DNA of 53,651 nt. It comes from Fimbriiglobus sp. (GTDB taxonomy: Bacteria > Planctomycetota > Planctomycetia > Gemmatales > Gemmataceae). The notes below the pieces were generated by a model that made no database searches, was not told the origin of the DNA, and saw nothing but the letters and a program-made list of their open reading frames with translations. The stretch is from positions 1 through 53,651 of the forward strand of contig JAYUFU010000045.1 of the NCBI GenBank assembly GCA_043738505.1, given 5' to 3'. Of this stretch, positions 46,332 through 53,651 are shown piece after piece. Numbering within the stretch: position 1 is the first letter of the stretch; each line of letters begins with the position of its first letter. The position numbers and the translations under genes are program-made.

Positions 46332-46566
46332 GGGCGGCCTGCCGGGGGATACCGGGTGACGGTGAGCTGGGCGGAGCCGTTGGGCGGGTCGCCGGGTGGC
46401 GAGACGGCGGCCGGGTTGTGGCGTTCCGCGAGAACCGTGGCGGGATCGATCAGCCGGCCGTGGCCCCAGGACAAGTCGGTGACGTGGCGGGGGTCGCGGT
46501 CGGAGGCGGTTCAGGCGGACGTTTGATAATGATTGAAGGAAGTGTACGGGTGCGCGGGTGGGTTTG

Positions 46567-47505
46567 TCAAGGGCGCGATGTCCCGTCCTTCTTCTTCCGG
46601 GGCTGCGGCCGGGTCTTCCAGCGGCGGTGCAGCCAGAAGTACTGCTCCGGGTGGCGGCGGATGAGCCGAGCCAGGGCGTCGTGGTACCGCTGGGTGATGG
46701 CCCTCACCGCGTCCGGCCGGGCGGCGTACTCGCGGGGGTCGATGAGGTCCTCGCAGTGGATGTGGAAGTAAAAGCGGTCGCCGATGCGGGGCACGCCGAT
46801 GACGATCATGAGCGCGTCGAACTCCATCGCCATGAGGGCGACGGCCTTGTGCGCCGACGCCGGACGGCCGAAGAAGTCCACGAACACCCCGCGCGGGCCG
46901 GCGTCCTGGTCGCCCAGCGTGGCCACCTTGCCGCCCGCCCGCAGCACGCCCGACAGCCGGTCGAAGTCGTCCTTCTTGGCGATGATCGTCTGGCCGGTGC
47001 GCTCGCGGAACTTCTTCAGGAACCACTCCAAGTGCGGGTTGTCCAGCACCCGCGCGATGGCGTAACTGTGGAACCCGAACACCCCCATCGCGAAGCCGGC
47101 CAGCTCCCAGTTGCCGAAGTGGGCGGTCACGACCAGCACCGGCCGGGGGGACAGCATGGCCGTCAGGATGTGTTCCCCGCCGACCGTCCGGCCGTAACTC
47201 CGCCACGTCTCGACGCGGAACTTCCGCGGCAGCAGCACCATCTCGACGACCTGCCGCAGGCAGTGGCGGTAACACGCGCGGACAATGGCGTCGATCTCGG
47301 CCGGCGTCTTCTCCGGGAAGGCGAACGTCAGGTTCTCGGCCGCCACCGTGCGGTGCCGCTTGTCGATGCGGTACGCCAGCTTCGCCAGCGCGTCGGCGAG
47401 GGCGAACGCGATCCGCATGGGCAGCGCCTGGATGACGCAGACCGCCACCCGCACGGCCAAGTAGACCGCCCAATCCGCCGCCGCGCTCCGCCGCTTGGTG
47501 CCCAT
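46567..47505 (-). CDS. lysophospholipid/lipid A late acyltransferase (LpxL/HtrB family)
   Basis: N-terminal membrane anchor, catalytic HFGNWE (HX4E/D) motif, and Kdo2-lipid A acyltransferase-like length. Confidence 0.8.
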   Translation of the reverse strand: MGTKRRSAAADWAVYLAVRVAVCVIQALPMRIAFALADALAKLAYRIDKRHRTVAAENLTFAFPEKTPAEIDAIVRACYRHCLRQVVEMVLLPRKFRVETWRSYGRTVGGEHILTAMLSPRPVLVVTAHFGNWELAGFAMGVFGFHSYAIARVLDNPHLEWFLKKFRERTGQTIIAKKDDFDRLSGVLRAGGKVATLGDQDAGPRGVFVDFFGRPASAHKAVALMAMEFDALMIVIGVPRIGDRFYFHIHCEDLIDPREYAARPDAVRAITQRYHDALARLIRRHPEQYFWLHRRWKTRPQPRKKKDGTSRP

Positions 47506-47573
47506 GTCGGCGATGATACGGGCGACCCCGCGCGGTACAATGCGGGGGTCGGATCACCTCCAGGGGAACCATC

Positions 47574-47822
47574 ATGGTCGCGCTGTTCGTGAACGGGACG
47601 AAGGTGGGCACGCTGGGCGACATCGAGCGGCTGATGCCGCAGTTCCTGAACGACCGGCAGACCGTCGATTTTCGCGACGACGACGGCCGCAAGTTGGGGG
47701 AGTTCTCGCCGGAGCCGCTCGTGCCCTGGAACCCGACCATCACCCGCGAGGAGTTGGACCGACGCGCGGACACGCCCGGAGGGATGACCCTCGCCGAGTT
47801 CCACATCGTTCAGAACGGCTGA
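47574..47822 (+). CDS. small hypothetical protein (82 aa)
   Basis: ATG follows GGGGA. Composition is reasonable and GC3-biased. No family recognised. Confidence 0.5.
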   Translation: MVALFVNGTKVGTLGDIERLMPQFLNDRQTVDFRDDDGRKLGEFSPEPLVPWNPTITREELDRRADTPGGMTLAEFHIVQNG

Positions 47823-47853
47823 AATGGTGAACCGCCGGATCAGTGCAACGAGT

Positions 47854-48007
47854 CTTCAGCCCGAAGGGCTGTCTCCTCCAGCCCAGGGCTTCGCCCTGGG
47901 ATGCGAAGTGTTCCCCACGAGCGAGCCTTTCAGGCTCGAAGGCATTTCGATCCTGAAAACCCAGGCCGGAGGCCTGGGCTGGAGGAGACAGCCCTTCGGG
48001 CTGGAAG
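47854..48007. repeat. MITE-like structured palindromic element (34/35-nt terminal inverted repeats, 3 internal hairpins)
   Basis: CTTCAGCCCGAAGGGCTGTCTCCTCCAGCCCAGG (47854-47887) matches the reverse complement of 47973-48007 apart from a 1-nt bulge. Internal hairpins are CCCAGGG-cttcg-CCCTGGG, CGAGCC-tttca-GGCTCG and CCCAGGCC-gga-GGCCTGGG. Confidence 0.75.
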
Positions 48008-48113
48008 AAAACGTCACCCCCGACATGACAACAGTCGCGGCTGACCCGTTACAATCCGCGTTCGTATACTCCCTTCACACCCCCGGCCGGATCGTTTCGC
48101 ACGAGGTGCCTCC

Positions 48114-51100
48114 ATGACCCGCTTCGCCGTCGCCCTTCTCGCCCTCGCGTTCGCCGCCGCGGTCGGGACCGCCCAGCCGCCCACCGCCGAGTCGCTGAAG
48201 CCGCTGTTCGACAAGTACAAGGCCGAGCGCGAGGAAGCCGGGAAGGCGTTCAGCAAGGACGAACTGGCCGGCGCGGACGAGCTGGCGGCGAAGGCGGCCG
48301 ACGCGCTGAAGGCGGACAACTTCGTCGCCGCCGAGCGGCTCGTCCGCGACGCCCGCTGGCAGGTGCCGTTCGTCCCGGCCGGTTTGCCGGACCACGTCAG
48401 CCGCGTCCTCGGCGTCGGCCGCTTGCGGCACGGCGACAAGGTGAACTCGCTGGCGTACAGCCCGGACGGCGGGCGGCTGGCGTCGGCGTCGAAGGACGGC
48501 ACCGTGCGAGTGTGGGACGTGGGCAACGGCCGCGAGGTGCTGGCGTACCGCGGGCACGAGGGCGACAAGCCGGCGGCGGACGCGAAGGAGAAGGTGGTCC
48601 CGAATTCGCCGGTGGCGGTGGCGTACAGCCCGGACGGCGGCTGGATCGCCTCGGCCGGCCTGACCGAAATCCACGTCTGGGACGCGACCACCGGCAAGAA
48701 GCTGTACACCCTGCTGCCCAAGGACAAGGACAAGCGGCCGCTCCGCGCCATCGCCTTCGGCAAGGACAGGAACACGCTGGCGTCCGGCGGGGACGACAAG
48801 CGGGTGGTGCTGTGGGACGTGACCAAGGAGAAGATCGCGGCCACCGCCGACGAGCAGGCCGGGGTGGTGAACGCCGTCGCCTTCAGTTCGGACGGCGGCC
48901 TGCTGGCGGCGGTGAACGGCGGCGGCACCGCCACCGTGTATGCGCTCTCGGATGGTGCGTTGAAACTGAAGTACGGCGGGAGCGTGTCCGCCAACAAAGG
49001 GACGAACGCCGTCGCCTTCGCCCGCCAGGGCACTGCCCTGCTGTCCGCCGGCGAGGACAAGATCCTGACCCTGACCGGCGGCATCGACGGCACCGGCAGC
49101 GGCACCACCTTGAAGAAGTACGAGGGGCACGACCAGGCGGTCAAGGCCGTCGCCGTGTCGCGGGACGGCAAGCTGTTCGTGTCCGGCTCGGCGGACAAGT
49201 CGGTGGTGGTGTGGGACGCCGAGACGGGCAAGCAGTTGCGGGCCTTCCTCGGCCACCCGAAGGAGGTGGCGGCGGTGGCCGTCCGGCCGGACGGCAAGCA
49301 GGTCGCCTCGGCCAGCGACGACGGCAGCATCAAGCTGTGGCCGCTCACCACCGCCGACGAACACCGGGAAGTGGCCGACGCCACCGACCGCGTCTGGGCG
49401 GTGGCGTACAGCCCGGACGGGAAGACGTTCGCCGCCGCCGGGGCCGACCGCACCGTCCGGTTGTACGACGCCGTCACCGGCAAGCTGCTCAAGCCGCTGG
49501 TCGGGCACAAGGGGTCGGTCACCACCGTCGTCTTCCTGGACAACGCCACCCTGCTGACGGCCGCCGGGGACAAGGTGGCCAAGATTTGGGACCTCGCCGC
49601 CGGCACCGCCGCCGACCTGACCGGGCACGCCTCGGCGGTGCTGTGCGGGGCCGCCTCCGGGGACGGCAAGCTGGCCGTCACCGGTGGGGCCGACAAGTCG
49701 GTCATCGGCTGGGTCGGCGGCAAGTCGGCGTGGACGTGGGCCGGCAAGTCGGCCGTCTGCGGGGTGGCCGTGCGGAAGGACGGCAAGCGGGTGGCGGTCG
49801 GCACCGCCGACGGGCAACTGACGATCCTGTCCCTCGACGCCGCCCAGCCGGCGGTGATCGCCGCCGTCGCCGTGGCCCTGTCCGGCGGGGTGGCCGCCGT
49901 CACCTACTCGCCGGACGGCGACCGGCTGGCCACCGCCGGCGGCGACGGGAGCGCGAAGATCTGGCTGGTCCGCGGCGACGTGGCCCCGGCCCAGCAGCAG
50001 ATTTTCGGCTCGCCGCTCAAGTCCGGGCTGAACGCCCAGTCCCCGCCGCTCACGTCGGTGGCGTTCTCGGCCGACGGCCGGTTCCTCGTCGGCGGCGGGG
50101 CCGAGGGCGTCGTCCGCCTGTGGGACGCGGCCACCGCCGCCGAGGTCCGCGGGCTGCGCGGGCACGGCGGCTGGGTGACCAGCGTGGCCTACGCGCCGGA
50201 CGGCCGGAGCGTGCTGTCCGGGTCGGTGGACAAGACGGCCCGCCAGTTCGAGCTGCCCCGCGCCGACACCGCCGCCGCCGGCCACACCCTGACGGCCCGG
50301 TGCGTGGCCGTCTCCCGCGACGGCAAGCTGGCCGCCACCGGCTCGACCGACGGCACGGCCAAGGTGTGGAACCTGGCCACCGGCCGCGAAGTCCTCACCC
50401 TGGCCGTCACGGCCTTCGACAGCGGCGTCACCTCCGTCGTGTTCGTCGGCAACAACCAACTGGTGTGCGGCAGCGGCGACAAGACGCTCAAGTGGTACGA
50501 CCTGGCCACCGGCAAGCAGACCCAGTCGGTCGCCACCAACCAGGTGTTCTACGTCGCCGCCGACCCGGACGGGAAGAAGGTCGGGCTGGCGTGGTCGGAA
50601 GGCGACAACGCCGGGTTCGACGTGTTCGCCACCGGCAGCACCGCCCCCATCCGCACCGTCCCCATCCTGCCCGAGAAGGACAAGACGGCGAAGGAGAAGG
50701 TGACCGCCGCCGCGCTGTCGCCGGACGCCGGCTGGGGGGTCATCGGCACCGACGGCGGGATCATCCAGATCTGGGACCTGGTGAAGAAGGAGCGGATCAA
50801 GGGCGACTGGCCGATCCTGAAGGACGCCGTGGCCGACATCGGCCTCACCCCGGACCGCAAGACGGTGGTCGTCATCGACGGGGCCGGCACGGTGAAGGTG
50901 GGCGACGTCGACAAGCGGGAGGTGACGGCGTCCTTCAAGGCCATCCCGGACGGGATCGAGGTGAAGGGGCTGGTGGTCGCCCCGACCGCCGACAAGTTCG
51001 CCACCCTCGCCCTGACCGGCGAAATCAAGGTGTGGGACATGACGGGCAAGGAGCTGCGGACGTGGAAGCTGCCGCACGCGGCGGAGGCAGCCGTGTTCAC

Positions 51101-51167
51101 CGTGGACGGCAAGCGGCTGCTCACCGCCAACGCCGACGGCACCGCCTTCGTCCTCGACCTGCCGTGA
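48114..51167 (+). CDS. secreted multi-WD40-repeat protein (1017 aa)
   Basis: Signal peptide MTRFAVALLALAFAAAVGTAQP. More than 15 WD40-like units follow (..SPDG..LAS.S.DGTV[RK][VL]WD..). Confidence 0.9.
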   Translation: MTRFAVALLALAFAAAVGTAQPPTAESLKPLFDKYKAEREEAGKAFSKDELAGADELAAKAADALKADNFVAAERLVRDARWQVPFVPAGLPDHVSRVLGVGRLRHGDKVNSLAYSPDGGRLASASKDGTVRVWDVGNGREVLAYRGHEGDKPAADAKEKVVPNSPVAVAYSPDGGWIASAGLTEIHVWDATTGKKLYTLLPKDKDKRPLRAIAFGKDRNTLASGGDDKRVVLWDVTKEKIAATADEQAGVVNAVAFSSDGGLLAAVNGGGTATVYALSDGALKLKYGGSVSANKGTNAVAFARQGTALLSAGEDKILTLTGGIDGTGSGTTLKKYEGHDQAVKAVAVSRDGKLFVSGSADKSVVVWDAETGKQLRAFLGHPKEVAAVAVRPDGKQVASASDDGSIKLWPLTTADEHREVADATDRVWAVAYSPDGKTFAAAGADRTVRLYDAVTGKLLKPLVGHKGSVTTVVFLDNATLLTAAGDKVAKIWDLAAGTAADLTGHASAVLCGAASGDGKLAVTGGADKSVIGWVGGKSAWTWAGKSAVCGVAVRKDGKRVAVGTADGQLTILSLDAAQPAVIAAVAVALSGGVAAVTYSPDGDRLATAGGDGSAKIWLVRGDVAPAQQQIFGSPLKSGLNAQSPPLTSVAFSADGRFLVGGGAEGVVRLWDAATAAEVRGLRGHGGWVTSVAYAPDGRSVLSGSVDKTARQFELPRADTAAAGHTLTARCVAVSRDGKLAATGSTDGTAKVWNLATGREVLTLAVTAFDSGVTSVVFVGNNQLVCGSGDKTLKWYDLATGKQTQSVATNQVFYVAADPDGKKVGLAWSEGDNAGFDVFATGSTAPIRTVPILPEKDKTAKEKVTAAALSPDAGWGVIGTDGGIIQIWDLVKKERIKGDWPILKDAVADIGLTPDRKTVVVIDGAGTVKVGDVDKREVTASFKAIPDGIEVKGLVVAPTADKFATLALTGEIKVWDMTGKELRTWKLPHAAEAAVFTVDGKRLLTANADGTAFVLDLP

Positions 51168-51204
51168 GGCCCTCCCCCGCGGCCCGCCCACCCGGACCCC
51201 CGAC

Positions 51205-51693
51205 ATGATGACGCAGACCGTGGAGTACGCCCTCCGCGCGGTGACCGCCCTGGCCTACCGCGCGGGCGAGCCGGCCACCACCGAGAGCGTCGCCGCGAGC
51301 ACCAAGGTGCCGGTCGCGTACCTGGCCAAGATCCTCCGCCGGCTGGCCGAGGCCGGCGTCGTCCGCACCCGGCGGGGCGTCGGCGGCGGGGTGACTCTGG
51401 CCAAGTCGGCGGCCGAGTTGTCCATCCTGGACGTGGTGAACGCCGTCGAGCCGATCCGCCGGTACGAGACCTGCCCGCTCGGCCTGCCGTCGCACGGCAC
51501 CCGCCTGTGCCCGCTGCACGCCCGCCTGGACGCCGCCCTGGCCGCCCTGGAGGACGCCTTCCGCGGCGTCACCCTGGCCGACATCATCGCCGAGCCGACC
51601 GCGAGCAAACCGCTGTGCGACGTGCCGGACGCCCCCGCCACCGCCCGCGTCCCCCTCGGCACGAGGGCGAAGAAGGTCGCCCCGCGGGCGTGA
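51205..51693 (+). CDS. Rrf2-family transcriptional regulator
   Basis: TQTVEYALRAVTALA...YLAKILRRLAEAGVVRTRRGVGGGVTLA winged HTH, plus a Cys cluster (C-x11-C ... C) consistent with an Fe-S-binding Rrf2 member. Confidence 0.85.
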   Translation: MMTQTVEYALRAVTALAYRAGEPATTESVAASTKVPVAYLAKILRRLAEAGVVRTRRGVGGGVTLAKSAAELSILDVVNAVEPIRRYETCPLGLPSHGTRLCPLHARLDAALAALEDAFRGVTLADIIAEPTASKPLCDVPDAPATARVPLGTRAKKVAPRA

Positions 51694-51815
51694 CCCGACG
51701 CGCGCGGCGGGGTCGTCGGGAACGACCGGCAGGGGTTCCGCCGCGCCGGGAAGGTGCTACAGTTGCGGCGGTCGGCGTAAGAAAACCGCTCGCCCGTTCC
51801 GTCACTGGTGTCGTC

Positions 51816-53399
51816 ATGCTGCGTCCGCTCCGCCGCGCCTTGCTGTCTGTGTCCGACAAGACCGGCCTCGTCGAACTCGCCACCGATCTGGTCGCCAAGT
51901 ACCGCGTCGAACTGGTCGCCACCGGCGGCACCCGGCAGGCGCTGGCCGACGCCGGACTGCCGGTGACGGACGTGTCCGAGGTCACGCGGTTCCCGGAGGT
52001 CCTCGACGGCCGGGTGAAGACGCTGCACCCCGGCGTGCTGGCCGGGCTGCTGGCCAAGCGGGACAAGCCGGACCACCTGGCCACCCTCGCCCGGCTCGGC
52101 TTCCCCGAGATCGACCTCGTCGTCTGCAACCTGTACCCGTTCGAGAAGACGGCGTCCAAGCCGGGCATCACCGAGGCCGAGATGGTCGAGCAGATCGACA
52201 TCGGCGGGCCGACGATGATCCGCGCGGCGGCCAAGAACTTCGCCGGCGTCGCCGTGCTGGTCGAGCCGAACGACTACTGGCAGGTGTTGCAGGAGCTGCA
52301 CGAGTGCAAGGGGCAGACGCGGCAGGAGGCCCGCCGGCGATGGGCGGCGGCGGCGTTCTCCCGCATCGCCAAGTACGACAAGGCCATCGACCAGTACTTC
52401 AACCCGGACGCCGGCGACGACGAGGAGGACGGCAGCGGCACCCTGTCCGCCACCTTCATGCCCATGTTCGAGCGGATCGGCTCGCTCCGGCACGGCGAGA
52501 ACCCGCACCAGTCGGCCATGTACTACCGCGAGATGCCCCGGCCGACGCACGCCTGCGTGGTCACCGCCCAGAAGCTGCACGGCAAGGAGCTGAGCTACAA
52601 CAACATCCTCGACATGGACGCCGCGCTGACGCTGGTCCGCGAGTTCCCGCAGGCGGCGGCGGTGGTGGTCAAGCACAGCAACCCGTGCGGCGTCGGCGAA
52701 GGGCCGTCGCCGGCCGACGCCTTCAAGCTGGCGTGGGACGGCGACCCGCTGTCCGCGTTCGGCGGCATCGTCGCCTTCAACCGCATCGTGGACGTGGCGA
52801 CGGCGGCGGCCCTCATGGACGGCGACAAGTTCGTCGAGTGCGTCATCGCCCCGGACTACGACCCGGCCGCGCTGTCGCAGCTCTCCGGCTGGAAGAAGAA
52901 CGTGCGGCTGCTCAAAACCGGCCCGCTGGTCGGCCCGCCGCAGGGGCTGGACTACCGCCGGGTGGACGGCGGTCTGCTGGTGCAGGCCCGCGACCACGGG
53001 GCCGACAGCCCGACGAGCTGGCAGGCGGTGACGGCCAAGAAGCCGACCGCCGAGCAGTGGGAGGCGCTGTGGTTCGCGTGGATCGTGTGCAAGCACGTCA
53101 AGAGCAACGCCATCGTGCTGGCGCGGGGCACGCAGGCGGTCGGCGTCGGGGCCGGCCAGATGTCGCGGGTGGAGTCGATGAAGATCGCCATCGGCAAGGC
53201 CGGCGACCGGGCGAAAGGGAGCGTGCTGGCGTCGGACGCCTTCTTCCCGTTCCCGGACAACGTGGAGCTGGCCGCCGCCGCCGGGGTTGCGGCCATCGTG
53301 CAGCCGGGCGGCAGCGTGAAGGACGCCGACAGCATCGCCGCCTGCGACGCCCACGGCATCGCCATGCTGTTCACGGGCGTCCGCCACTTCCGGCACTGA
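51816..53399 (+). CDS. purH: bifunctional AICAR transformylase / IMP cyclohydrolase
   Basis: ATG at 51816. RALLSVSDKTGL, GGTR, LDGRVKTLHP, DLVVCNLYPF, VKHSNPCG, and the C-terminal FFPFPD...GVRHFRH. Confidence 0.95.
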   Translation: MLRPLRRALLSVSDKTGLVELATDLVAKYRVELVATGGTRQALADAGLPVTDVSEVTRFPEVLDGRVKTLHPGVLAGLLAKRDKPDHLATLARLGFPEIDLVVCNLYPFEKTASKPGITEAEMVEQIDIGGPTMIRAAAKNFAGVAVLVEPNDYWQVLQELHECKGQTRQEARRRWAAAAFSRIAKYDKAIDQYFNPDAGDDEEDGSGTLSATFMPMFERIGSLRHGENPHQSAMYYREMPRPTHACVVTAQKLHGKELSYNNILDMDAALTLVREFPQAAAVVVKHSNPCGVGEGPSPADAFKLAWDGDPLSAFGGIVAFNRIVDVATAAALMDGDKFVECVIAPDYDPAALSQLSGWKKNVRLLKTGPLVGPPQGLDYRRVDGGLLVQARDHGADSPTSWQAVTAKKPTAEQWEALWFAWIVCKHVKSNAIVLARGTQAVGVGAGQMSRVESMKIAIGKAGDRAKGSVLASDAFFPFPDNVELAAAAGVAAIVQPGGSVKDADSIAACDAHGIAMLFTGVRHFRH

Positions 53400-53571
53400 C
53401 GGAGGCTTGCCGTCCGGCGGTAGGACATGCAGCCGGACGCGGTGGAACTGCGGGTCGGGGCAGACTCCCGGTCCGCCGTCGCGCGGACGGCTGGGCGCAG
53501 GCGTTCCGAAGGCGGACGCCGTGACGGGGAAGTAGTGGCATCCCACCTCCCTTCGCCGAGGGTTCGCTTGC

Positions 53572-53651
53572 GTGCTCTGCTCGCTCCGCGAGCGGTCTTC
53601 GTTCGGGCTGGTGGAAGTGCTCGGCTCGCTCCGCGAGCGGTCTTCGGTTTG
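53572..53651. repeat. direct tandem copies (45-nt period, cut by window end) of the repeat family found inside polA
   Basis: GTGCTCTGCTCGCTCCGCGAGCGGTCTTC (53572-53600) and GTGCTCGGCTCGCTCCGCGAGCGGTCTTC (53617-53645). Unit 1 also carries the CTGGTGG block seen in the polA element. Confidence 0.75.

Noticed and set aside
43401-46526. 1041-aa ORF on the plus strand
   Set aside because: It is antisense to polA, whose identity is unambiguous. Its composition is shadow-ORF-like (R, G, V, L, P, H rich).
48075-51206. 1043-aa minus-strand ORF (and the 898-aa plus-strand ORF 48512..51208)
   Set aside because: Both overlap the WD40-repeat gene in other frames. Only the 48114..51167 frame yields WD40 repeats and a signal peptide.
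51694-51815. Possible ZTP (pfl) riboswitch upstream of purH
   Set aside because: purH is a classic ZTP-riboswitch target, and the leader starts with GGGGTCGTCGGGAAC. However, I cannot find the conserved 3' sub-domain (CCGnCUGGGC-type pseudoknot sequence) or the GACUGGCG core. An Infernal scan with the Rfam pfl model would be decisive.
51255-53546. 763-aa minus-strand ORF
   Set aside because: It is antisense to the Rrf2 regulator and purH. It is a shadow ORF.

Overview
This is a 53.6 kb, very GC-rich chromosomal window; by eye GC is in the high 60s %, with strong GC3 bias in real genes. Gene content suggests a Planctomycetota, Gemmataceae-like genome: secreted beta-propeller, WD40, PQQ-like and S9 peptidase proteins, and GGAGG-type SD sites. 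That taxonomic call is inference only. I support about 50 CDS.

Housekeeping genes:
- The minus-strand string polA, Uma2 nuclease, coaE, rho, vapBC, xer.
- acs, purH, aguB, larE and scpB.
- A ribose-type sugar ABC transporter operon, a sigma-70 family factor, and an ArsR + SRPBCC/VOC operon.

Accessory content:
- An AT-richer two-gene ATPase + HNH module resembling the Septu (PtuA/PtuB) anti-phage system, wedged between aguB and acs.
- Two type II toxin-antitoxin pairs (HigB-2/HigA-like and VapBC).
- An unannotatable two-gene cassette beside a GNAT.
- A DUF5685-like protein with a poly-cysteine tail and an unknown 532-aa partner.
- Tandem S9B peptidase paralogs, one carrying large charged insertions.

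The most unusual sequence-level signal is several families of long palindromic, MITE/REP-like elements. One 111-nt copy sits in frame inside the essential polA gene. Others sit in ABC-operon intercistronic gaps and inside a probable terminator hairpin.

I found no rRNA, tRNA, CRISPR array or transposase. Many very long ORFs in the six-frame track are antisense shadow ORFs and were rejected.
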